Source: a virus
Lineage: Duplodnaviria > Caudoviricetes
DNA length: 64,000 nucleotides
IMG/VR virus record: IMGVR_UViG_3300046167_000709
Location: 2,243-66,242 of that record
Direction: 5' to 3' (one strand)
Shown: piece after piece, positions 1 through 8,600 of the stretch
Layout: each line of letters starts with the position of its first letter
Position numbering within the stretch: the stretch's first letter is position 1
Program-made: the position numbers and the translations under genes
The notes under the pieces: model-generated
Seen by the model: the letters and a program-made list of their open reading frames with translations, nothing else
Databases searched by the model: none
What the model was told of the DNA's origin: nothing

Positions 1-618
1 ACGGAGTGCGCGGTATCGGATTATTGGACACAGAAAGTAGTTGGTTGGTTTCCTAAGCACGAGATACAACAAATGGCTATGATGTTTGGGTCACAAGAAA
101 CTATTCACGCTGTAGCGTATAGTTATTTAAACGAAACATTAAAACTAGAAGACTATGAAGCATTTTTACATGAGCCTGCTACGGCTGCTCGTTTTGATAA
201 CCTTGTTGCTTACGATGGCAATGATCCAATTGGCATTGCTAAGTCGCTTGCTGTCTTCTCTGCATTCGCTGAAGGAGTTAGTTTGTATTCTGCTTTTGCA
301 GTGCTGTATTCTTTTCAGTTACGCAATTTGCTTAAAGGTATTGGACAGCAAATGAAATGGTCTGTAAGAGATGAAAGCTTGCACAGCAAAATGGGTTGTA
401 AACTATTTCGCGATATGTGCAGTGAAAATGGGCAATTGCTGAACTTATGTCGAGAAGATATAATAAAAGCTGCAGATACTATGATTAAACTAGAAACTAA
501 ATATATTGACAAAATGTTTGAAGCTGGTGATATCGAAGGTATATCAGCTAATGATTTAAAACATTTTATAAAAAAGAGAACAAATGAAAAACTTGTGGAA
601 CTTGGTTACGTTGACTTG
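1..618. repeat. Terminal direct repeat / circular overlap, copy 1 (matches 63383-64000)
   Basis: ACGGAGTGCGCGGTATCGG... at 1 recurs at 63383 and matches to the window end apart from 3 substitutions noticed; unit length 63,382 bp. Confidence 0.97.
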
Positions 619-771
619 GGTTCGTATTTTGCGTATGACTCCAAAGCAGCAGGCAATCTTGATTGGTTCTATCATCTTACCGGCGGGGTCACTCATACTG
701 ATTTTTTCGCGACTAGGCCGACAGATTACTCGAAAGCTGGGGAAGGCGAAGACTTTGAGGACATTTGGTAA
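1..771 (+). CDS. nrdB: Ribonucleotide reductase class I beta subunit, 3' part (gene starts at 63185)
   Basis: Ferritin-like di-iron motifs ETIHAVAYS, EGVSLYSAF, RDESLH and C-terminal DFF; lies just upstream of nrdA. Confidence 0.95.
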   Translation, partial: TECAVSDYWTQKVVGWFPKHEIQQMAMMFGSQETIHAVAYSYLNETLKLEDYEAFLHEPATAARFDNLVAYDGNDPIGIAKSLAVFSAFAEGVSLYSAFAVLYSFQLRNLLKGIGQQMKWSVRDESLHSKMGCKLFRDMCSENGQLLNLCREDIIKAADTMIKLETKYIDKMFEAGDIEGISANDLKHFIKKRTNEKLVELGYVDLGSYFAYDSKAAGNLDWFYHLTGGVTHTDFFATRPTDYSKAGEGEDFEDIW

Positions 772-810
772 TGTCATAACTGAAGACGAACTATACGAAC
801 AATTATATAA

Positions 811-1050
811 ATGAAAACACAAAAACAAAGTAGAACAGATCTATTAGAAAAAAAAGTACAAGCATTGATTGGTGTAGTACAGCAACTATTAGATGAAACA
901 GCTTATCTAAAAGATCTAGCTGTAGGAACATTAGAAACAATTAAACAGATGGACGACTATGAACAAGCGATCGAAGACCTTAAGAAGAAAATGGCTGAAG
1001 AGTCTAGTAAGGCAAAAGAAGCTGACGCCAGTAGAGAGACTGTCGAGTAG
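811..1050 (+). CDS. Hypothetical coiled-coil protein
   Basis: 79-aa ORF with AT-rich leader, in the nrdB-nrdA interval. Confidence 0.6.
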   Translation: MKTQKQSRTDLLEKKVQALIGVVQQLLDETAYLKDLAVGTLETIKQMDDYEQAIEDLKKKMAEESSKAKEADASRETVE

Positions 1051-1237
1051 ATTAGGATATATGGGGACGGCATTTATGATGATGTCTCCCCATTTATTGC
1101 CAGATCAAACAGGAATAATTACATACATAATAGCAGGTACATTATCGATACCTCAAGTGTTTGTAGCAAAACAATGGAACTTAGTAGCAGTTAATTTAAA
1201 CGTAGCAATAGCCTACATAATATTATATTTATCATAA
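959..1237 (+). CDS. Small membrane protein (start uncertain)
   Basis: Hydrophobic segments GYMGTAFMMM, IITYIIAGTLSIPQVFVA, LVAVNLNVAIAYIILYL; stop abuts the nrdA ATG. Confidence 0.55.
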   Translation: MNKRSKTLRRKWLKSLVRQKKLTPVERLSSRLGYMGTAFMMMSPHLLPDQTGIITYIIAGTLSIPQVFVAKQWNLVAVNLNVAIAYIILYLS

Positions 1238-2956
1238 ATGTGGAATGAAAATTGGAAAAAAGGAGAGGATTACCCTGCGTGGGGTAATACGGACGTATAC
1301 AAGAAGACTATATCCGGGGGATATCTATTTGACGGAGAGTCACCTAGAGAAGCATACCATCGCGTCGCTAAAACGGTTGCTCGTAGATTATATAAGCCGG
1401 AAATGGCAGAGACTTTCTTCGAGTACATATGGAACGGTTGGCTTTGCCTCGCAAGTCCAGTATTATCTAATACCGGTACTGATCGCGGCTTGCCTATTAG
1501 CTGCTTTGGTATCGATGTTGCAGATAGTATACAAGACATAGGGCAAAAGAATTTAGAGATGATGCTACTCGCTAAGCACGGCGGTGGAGTTGGTATCGGA
1601 GTTAATCAAATTAGACCCGCTGGCGCAACAATAACAGGAAATGGAACATCAGACGGAGTTGTACCCTTTTGTAAAATATATGACTCAACAATACTCGCGA
1701 CTAATCAAGGATCAGTCAGAAGAGGAGCAGCATCGGTTAACATCAATATTGAACACGATGATTTCGAAGAGTGGCTTGAAATCAGAGAACCTAAAGGGGA
1801 TGTTAATAGACAATCGCTTAACTTACATCAATGCGCAGTTGTGGGTGATAAGTTTATGCGACGCCTTGAACAAGGAGATGCGAATGCTAGGACTAGATGG
1901 AGTAAACTACTTAGAAAGCGAAAGGCAACTGGAGAGCCGTATATTATGTTTAAAGGAAACGTTAACAAAGCAAATCCAAAAGCATATAAAGAAAACGGAT
2001 TAAAAGTACATATGACGAACATATGTTCAGAAATTGCATTACACACCGATGAGAACCACAGCTTTGTCTGTTGCTTATCATCATTAAACTTAGCAAAATA
2101 TGAAGAATGGAAAGACACTAACCTTATTTACGACGCCATATGGTTTCTTGACGGTGTTATGGAAGAATTTATTCAAAGGGCGAAGGGATTACGCGGATTC
2201 GAGAATTCTATACGATCTGCACAGAAAGGGAGAGCATTGGGATTGGGAGTCCTCGGCTGGCACACTTACTTACAAGAGAAGGGTATTCCTTTCGAAGGTT
2301 TATTATCTCAGTTTGAGACTAGGAAAATCTTTTCGCAAATTAAAATCGAAAGCGAAAGAGCTTCCATGGCGCTTGCTGAAACTTACGGTGAGCCTTTGTG
2401 GTGTGTTGGTACTGGTTATCGCAACACTCATTTGCGCGCCGTTGCTCCTACTGTCTCTAATAGTAAGCTCTCTGGAAATGTCTCCGCTGGAATAGAACCT
2501 TGGGCTGCCAATGTATTTACAGAGCAATCAGCTAAAGGAACTTTTATAAGAAAAAATCCTACGCTTTTAAAGTTATTAAGGAAACATAAAATCAATAACA
2601 ATGAAATATGGAATAAGATCCTTGCTGATGGTGGTAGCGTTCAAGATATTGCTGAGCTTGATGATATCACTATGGGACACGACATCCCCGCAAAAGAGGT
2701 ATTTAAGACTTTTAAGGAGATTAATCAACTAGAGTTAGTCAATCAAGCTGGACTTAGACAGCAGTATATAGATCAGTCAGTTAGTTTAAACTTAGCTTTT
2801 CCTAGTGAAGCAACACCTAAATGGCTTAACAAAGTACATTTTGAAGCTTGGAAAAAAGGGGTTAAAACCTTGTACTATACAAGAACAGAGTCAGTGCTAC
2901 GAGGAGATATAGCACAACAAGCAATGAACGAAGATTGTTTAGCTTGTGATGGTTAA
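1238..2956 (+). CDS. nrdA: Ribonucleotide reductase class I alpha subunit (short, no ATP-cone)
   Basis: ASPVLSN, ISCF, GGGVG, TNICSEI (thiyl Cys), APTVSNS, DQSVSLN, KTLYY and C-terminal CLAC. Confidence 0.97.
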   Translation: MWNENWKKGEDYPAWGNTDVYKKTISGGYLFDGESPREAYHRVAKTVARRLYKPEMAETFFEYIWNGWLCLASPVLSNTGTDRGLPISCFGIDVADSIQDIGQKNLEMMLLAKHGGGVGIGVNQIRPAGATITGNGTSDGVVPFCKIYDSTILATNQGSVRRGAASVNINIEHDDFEEWLEIREPKGDVNRQSLNLHQCAVVGDKFMRRLEQGDANARTRWSKLLRKRKATGEPYIMFKGNVNKANPKAYKENGLKVHMTNICSEIALHTDENHSFVCCLSSLNLAKYEEWKDTNLIYDAIWFLDGVMEEFIQRAKGLRGFENSIRSAQKGRALGLGVLGWHTYLQEKGIPFEGLLSQFETRKIFSQIKIESERASMALAETYGEPLWCVGTGYRNTHLRAVAPTVSNSKLSGNVSAGIEPWAANVFTEQSAKGTFIRKNPTLLKLLRKHKINNNEIWNKILADGGSVQDIAELDDITMGHDIPAKEVFKTFKEINQLELVNQAGLRQQYIDQSVSLNLAFPSEATPKWLNKVHFEAWKKGVKTLYYTRTESVLRGDIAQQAMNEDCLACDG

Positions 2957-2960
2957 AATC

Positions 2961-2993
2961 AAAAAAGGGGTTCACGTAATGTGGACCCCTTTC
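2961..2993. terminator. Probable bidirectional intrinsic terminator at the convergence of the two gene blocks
   Basis: AAAAAAGGGGTTCAC-GTAAT-GTGGACCCCTTT hairpin just after the nrdA stop, A-tract on the left and T-tract on the right. Confidence 0.8.
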
Positions 2994-3042
2994 TGGTTAC
3001 AGGAACTTTAGGTATGGTACGCCTATTTTATTTTGTTCCTTT

Positions 3043-3483
3043 TTATTTTTGTTTAGTTATTTCAAAGCTTTTATCGCCTGTTTTTTTAGTTTTGTAATCT
3101 CCTCCCATTAAATAACCGTCTTGGATGAGCTTATTTAATTTGTTAGGTATTCTTATAGTATCACCTTCAGCACCAGCTACACTACGCTCGCTGCGTAATA
3201 CATATTTTCCTTTTTTATCTTCTTTAACCTCACCAGTATTTTCACCAACTGTGTTTTGATTCAAAGGAGCACTATTTTTAGCGGCGCTACGTGCGTTGTC
3301 TATATGTGTTTTAGTTCTGGTCTTTGTTTTATTTTGCTTGTTTAAACTAGCTTCACTTTTAGAGCATTCAAAACCTTCACAGTCTTTCATAGGCTGTCTC
3401 TTTTTAGTTTTTCTGCTAGAATTTGCTTTTCTTAAATCGTTTAAAGGACTTTTAAACATGAATGGGCTTGAGAAATTGCTCAT
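3043..3483 (-). CDS. Hypothetical basic protein (SP-motif family)
   Basis: 146-aa ORF in the minus-strand operon; Lys-rich, SSPF/KSPL motifs. Confidence 0.6.
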   Translation of the reverse strand: MSNFSSPFMFKSPLNDLRKANSSRKTKKRQPMKDCEGFECSKSEASLNKQNKTKTRTKTHIDNARSAAKNSAPLNQNTVGENTGEVKEDKKGKYVLRSERSVAGAEGDTIRIPNKLNKLIQDGYLMGGDYKTKKTGDKSFEITKQK

Positions 3484-3486
3484 AAT

Positions 3487-3759
3487 TTAATGATTATATT
3501 TTCTAGATTTCATTTTTTTTATCTCTTCAGCAGTTAGTTCGGTACTAGGTTTAAAAGGCCGTGTATCTCTCTTAGATAGTTTATCAACAACAGTAGGCTT
3601 AGGCTTACCCATTGACTTTTCTCTTTTCTCTATTGCTTTTTTTATTTCAGCATTAATTACTTCTCTAGGTCTCTTGTCGTTTTTAAGAATCAATCCTTGA
3701 TTTAACGGTGATTCTTTAGTTAAATACTGTGCGCAGTGTTTTGATGTAAATGGTTTCAT
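3487..3759 (-). CDS. Hypothetical basic protein (SP-motif family)
   Basis: 90-aa ORF tightly packed with its neighbour; ESPLNQ. Confidence 0.6.
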   Translation of the reverse strand: MKPFTSKHCAQYLTKESPLNQGLILKNDKRPREVINAEIKKAIEKREKSMGKPKPTVVDKLSKRDTRPFKPSTELTAEEIKKMKSRKYNH

Positions 3760-3892
3760 TTTTTTTATTTTTTAGTTTTTGGTACTATTGTACCACAGTT
3801 TTTATTTTTTATTTTTGTTTTTTCTTTTTTAAACATTAACCAGTACATTAAAGAGTTCCATTCACCCTTTAAAAAATCTATTATTTTTATCA

Positions 3893-4318
3893 TTATTTCC
3901 ACATGTTAGTTATGTTATCGTATTCTTTTGTTGCGTTAAAACTAGGACAAGCTTTATTAGCAAAATCATTATGACCGTGTATCGTAGCATGAGCGTGTTG
4001 TATCTTCAAATACTCTAGTATATATACTAAAGTTTCTTTCTGCTCTTCAGTTCTAGTATCTTTAGGTTTAAAATTAACCTTATCAATTCCTCCAACATAA
4101 GCTATTCCAATAGATCCTTTATTATGACCCTTGCAATGAGCTCCTGTCTTTTCAACAGGTCTTCCCGTGTGCAGAGAGCCATCTAGATAGATTAAAAAAT
4201 GATATCCGATATCAGACCAACCTCGATCTAAATGCCATCGTCTAACGTCTTCTACGGTAGTATGTCTACCTTCAGGCGTAGCTGTACAATGAACTATGAT
4301 CTTGTCAATTTCTCTCAA
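3893..4318 (-). CDS. Endolysin, N-acetylmuramoyl-L-alanine amidase (T7 lysozyme / Amidase_2 type)
   Basis: IIVHCTAT, DIGYHFLI, GAHCKGHN, HGHNDF and KACPSF zinc-amidase motifs. Confidence 0.93.
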   Translation of the reverse strand: MREIDKIIVHCTATPEGRHTTVEDVRRWHLDRGWSDIGYHFLIYLDGSLHTGRPVEKTGAHCKGHNKGSIGIAYVGGIDKVNFKPKDTRTEEQKETLVYILEYLKIQHAHATIHGHNDFANKACPSFNATKEYDNITNMWK

Positions 4319-4321
4319 CCT

Positions 4322-4726
4322 TTATTTTTTTACAAAATCTTTGTACTTCATTTTATACAAGTCGCTTCTACTAGCTTTAACACCTTTAACGCCAGACTTA
4401 CCTCCTTTGCCGATTTCAATACTTACAGCGTGTCTTTCTGGAGTAACAATAGTTTCAGGTGAAGGTTTTATGTAGCCATCTTCTGGATCTGTATACCCTT
4501 CTTTTTTTCTTTTAACATATTTCTTGTATCTATCCTTAACTCCAGGTAATTTTGTTATTGAGTCAAAGTAAGATTTATCGTCTTGCTGCTCTAGAGGAGA
4601 TCCATAATTATTTGGCGAAGCTTCAATAGCCGTTTTTAAAGCTTCAGGTAAATTAGCTTCCTGCTTAGCTGTTAATTCTTTTAGTGGAGATTTTCCACAA
4701 AACTTTTTTTCAAAAGGTGATTTCAT
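4322..4726 (-). CDS. Hypothetical basic protein (SP-motif family)
   Basis: 134-aa ORF; MKSPF, KSPLKE, GSPLEQ. Confidence 0.6.
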   Translation of the reverse strand: MKSPFEKKFCGKSPLKELTAKQEANLPEALKTAIEASPNNYGSPLEQQDDKSYFDSITKLPGVKDRYKKYVKRKKEGYTDPEDGYIKPSPETIVTPERHAVSIEIGKGGKSGVKGVKASRSDLYKMKYKDFVKK

Positions 4727-4729
4727 AAT

Positions 4730-5020
4730 TTATTTTTTTGATTTATTTTTTTGACAAAAGTTTCTAGCAGCTTCTACACTACCAAAACCCCATTTTTTTA
4801 AAGCCATTGCTTTTTTCGTTGGTTCACCTTTAGCATCTTTCATTGCTCCAGCCATACCTGCGAATCTACATGCAAATGAAACTCGACGTTTGTTAGTTCC
4901 AGAAGTTAATCTTTTACCTAGTGACTTACCTGTTTCAGATTTATACTCTGATCGCATTTTTTTATTTGATTTTTCATAAGCTTCTTCTTTTATGAAAAGT
5001 GGTGATTGTTTATACGCCAT
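4730..5020 (-). CDS. Small basic phage protein (resembles DUF6321-type RRxSFxxRxxGM proteins)
   Basis: KRRVSFACRFAGMAG...KKAMALKKW motif; family assignment from recall. Confidence 0.6.
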   Translation of the reverse strand: MAYKQSPLFIKEEAYEKSNKKMRSEYKSETGKSLGKRLTSGTNKRRVSFACRFAGMAGAMKDAKGEPTKKAMALKKWGFGSVEAARNFCQKNKSKK

Positions 5021-5176
5021 TATTTATCTTTTTTTAATTCGATCCACTTAGATATAGTATAACCTATAGTCACTAGTAGTAGAAATATTTTCAAACCGTC
5101 TTCTATTCTGTGTAAATGTTGTTACGCCTAATGCTCCAGCATTCATTGCGTATATTTTAATATCTGATATACTCAT
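5020..5176 (-). CDS. Small membrane protein, possible holin (apparent extra base near 5106)
   Basis: Manual translation gives MSISDIKIYAMNAGALGVTTFTQ / IEDGLKIFLLLVTIGYTISKWIELKKDK after removing one base; close to the endolysin. Confidence 0.5.
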
Positions 5177-5177
5177 T

Positions 5178-5471
5178 TTATTCTCCACATTTTTTTGATG
5201 GATCACCAACTTGTCTCCAGTCTTGCTCCAACCATTTTTTTAAACTACCACCACTACTAGTTCCAGTGACATTACTTTTACTAGATCTTTTATATTTGCC
5301 TTTAGCGCCCGCAGCTCTCTTAGCGTTTATGACTTTCTGTCTCTCCTCTTTACTCATACTAGCTATCTTAGCTTTAGGTAGGCACACTTTTTTAGTACCA
5401 CCGCCTTTTGCTTTGACTTTCTTTACTTCTTTTTTATGTAGAGGTGTATTACCTGGTTGCACAAAAGCCAT
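5178..5471 (-). CDS. Small very basic protein
   Basis: MAFVQPGNTPLHKK...CLPKAKIASMS...SLKKWLEQDW; TAATG coupling to the upstream ORF. Confidence 0.6.
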   Translation of the reverse strand: MAFVQPGNTPLHKKEVKKVKAKGGGTKKVCLPKAKIASMSKEERQKVINAKRAAGAKGKYKRSSKSNVTGTSSGGSLKKWLEQDWRQVGDPSKKCGE

Positions 5472-5611
5472 TAGCACTTACCTTTTTTCTGTTGCTTTGA
5501 AGCCCAGATGTTAGCATATGCACTAGGATATACATCGAATTTTCTTCTCGCTGCAGCTTTACACTTAGCTGTTAACTTGACGTATAGCGGTGAACTTTCA
5601 TTATTTTTCAT
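5471..5611 (-). CDS. Small basic protein, 46 aa (not in ORF track)
   Basis: Manual translation MKNNESSPLYVKLTAKCKAAARRKFDVYPSAYANIWASKQQKKGKC; overlaps the end of the giant ORF. Confidence 0.6.
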   Translation of the reverse strand: MKNNESSPLYVKLTAKCKAAARRKFDVYPSAYANIWASKQQKKGKC

Positions 5612-8600
5612 CTTTATCTTTTTTTTGTAGTTCTAATATTTTTTTAACTCTATTGTTTTCGTTTTTAAGCTCTCTAATTTGCTTTTTAGTTAAGCCAAAG
5701 TCTAATAATGTTTTAACTTGATCAGGTTTGTTAGTGTCTTTCTTCATTTTATCAACCTCAAGTTGCAATTCTTGCTTAGGTGTTAAAGGTTCTTTTTTAT
5801 CAAAACCTCCGTAATACCCAAGACCTAATTCCCAAGTTCCCCATCCAAGACCTAAAGCTACTTTTTGCCAAAGTGAAGATCTTTCATTTACTAAACCTCT
5901 TAAGTTATTTATTTTCTTAGCAACTCTATCAAGTGGAATATTGGTAAAACCAGTTACAACTTGAGCGCCCGCCATATAAGCTGGGTTATCTAAGCTAAAG
6001 CCTTTCTCTTTTATATCCTTCATATTCCAGCTAAAACTTCTCAATCCACCTTTTATTTTACCTATTTTAGATCCAAGAGGCGGTGAAAAACTTAGTAAGT
6101 CATCTACTGCGTTTTCATATTTAGAACCTTTCTTACCATACTCTTCATAAAGAGTCATTAAAGTGTTTTTAATAGCTGCACTTGCAGCTCCAAATATACC
6201 TAAACCTTTTAACTGAGAATCAATCATTCCATTAGCTACTTTATAAGCTTTATCGTTTCTCTTCTTAGCTTTTGCCTCGTCAGTTTCTTCTTCATCATCT
6301 CCAAACCCTAAAGCAAATACTGCTTGTTGCAGCGAGTTAAATATTAAATTCTGAATAGCACCGTAGTAAACTATCTTAGATACATTGCTTCTCCAGTCAC
6401 CTCGACCATTTATAAGATCCTGCGCAGCGCGTTTTTGAATACGAGCATACTGCATTGGAGTATTAGCCCAAGCAAGTATAACACGCCCCGCTGCAGAGGC
6501 TTGTTGTTGGCTAATTTTACTAGGTGAACTAGACTGTTGGTTTTCTTCCGCTATAGCTTTAAAATCTTCAAAAGCTTGCGTCTCAGCATCAGCATCGCTT
6601 AAACCTTGTTTCTTTAAAGCTTCTAATCTATTTCTATAGAAAGTAGATCCACCAGATGCAATAGCAAAACTATCTGCAAATCTAGTCATAACAAAACCTT
6701 TACTAAGTAAGAAAGCAATAGCTGCTTTAGGTTTGTTCTTAGATTCTCTTACAGCATCAGCAATTTCAGATTCACTTACGTTAATCTTAAGACCGTTTCT
6801 ACGTTCCACTAAGTAATCAGAATTCATAAGCGTCATAAAATCACCCCAAAATTGTTTTTGGTTTGCAAACGCTCTTCCTGCCTTTATTATATTATTATCA
6901 CCTAAGTTTATGAAGTTTACCGCAGATATAGTTTGTAGTAGTGCAGATCTTGTATTTAAGAACATTACAGCACCAACAGAATTGTTTAACCAGTTAAGTA
7001 ATCCTTCTGTCACTCTGTTACCTCCGATTGGTCTATTGCTACCAGATTTCATTCTACGTATAGAATCTTCCATAGCTTCACGCCATCTAGTTCCGTACGC
7101 AGCTTCCATCTTGTTCATATTATCTTCTGAGAATATAATGTCGATGTTCTCTCTCCACTCTTGCTGATACTCAGCTCTATTAACTTTGTTAATACCACCA
7201 ATAATATCTGTAGTAATGTTTCCACCTAACCAGTCTTTATCAGGTTTTGGATATTCTTTACCTTTTTGTATTTTAATAAGCTCGTCAGTAAACACTCTAA
7301 GCTTAGCGTCTTTGTTTACAAAATCATTTAATTCTTTAATATCTCTTTTAGATAAACCAGGTATATCCATACCTTGCTTAGTCCAAGCAGCGACACGCAC
7401 TGCGTGAGAATAAGTGAATTTACCAATACCAGTTTGTTTGCTTAAGGTTTTAGGTAATGTTTTTAGTTTTGTTTTTAAAGCTACAAAATCATTTGCAGCA
7501 GATATCTTAGCTTGCGTAACCGCAGACTCAGCTCTATTGTAAGTATCAAGCAAGTTTGTTTTTAAGAAAGCCATTTGAGCATCTCCTTTCTTACCTTTGC
7601 CTATCATCTTATATAGTAAACCTGTAAAGTCTTCAGCGGATGGTGGAATAAGGAAATTGTACTTACCTTTGCTAGCACCAACTGTTTTAGCTCTAGCTGC
7701 AGAATACTTTTTATAAGTTTCAATACCAGACGAATCCTCGATCATATCATTTACAACAGTATCAAAGGTTTGTCTTTTACTAGCTTTTGCTAATTGAACT
7801 TTAGACTTAACATCTATTTGACTTAATACGTCTTTAACTGCTTTAACGTTTCCTGTGTGATCGTCTGCGAAATAAAAGTCATTATAACCTTCAGCTGCTT
7901 TACCCATAATCCACCCAGCTTTAGCCTGTGGAGTACCATCACCTAAACCAGTTATGTTAGCAAGTGGAATATCTAATCCCATGCTAGCTAAAAATTCTTT
8001 AATTGGTCCAGCTGCATCTGCAGGTCTTGCCGTTAAAACAAATACGTCTTTAGTTCCACGTTTTTCTGCTATAATTTTAGCTACATCTAATAGTGGTCCT
8101 TTACTTCCTTGCATTACTTTACTAAACTCAGAGAAATCCCATTGAGCTCCTTCAGCTTCCATATTACCTGCTTCTTTAGCAAATGTAGCAGCGTCTATAG
8201 CTCCAGTAGTTCCATCAGGCATTGTATATAACACATTGCTTTTAGTTCGAGCTAATGTATCATCAAAGTCAAATACTCTAATCTTTTTAACAGGTTGATC
8301 TAGTTTTCTAGCAAGCTCTAGAGACTTGTCAGTTTTTTCTAAAGCGTTTATAGCTGTTTGTACAGTTATAGGTCTGTCGTATTTTATAGCATCAGGAATT
8401 AAATCGCTATCACGTTTTGAAGCCATAGCTTTTCCTGGTGCTAATTCTGTATATACTTTAATATCTTGCTTAGCTTTCTCAGCTGTAGTTTCACCTATAA
8501 ACTGCTCGTATATTAATCTTTGTTGTTCCGCTTGAACATCTAGATTATTTCTAAACTTAGCATCAACTTCTACGTTGTATTTAGCAGCGTCTGAAACACC

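Noticed and set aside
1-771. Two separate nrdB genes
   Set aside because: The second copy is the circular overlap of the same gene.
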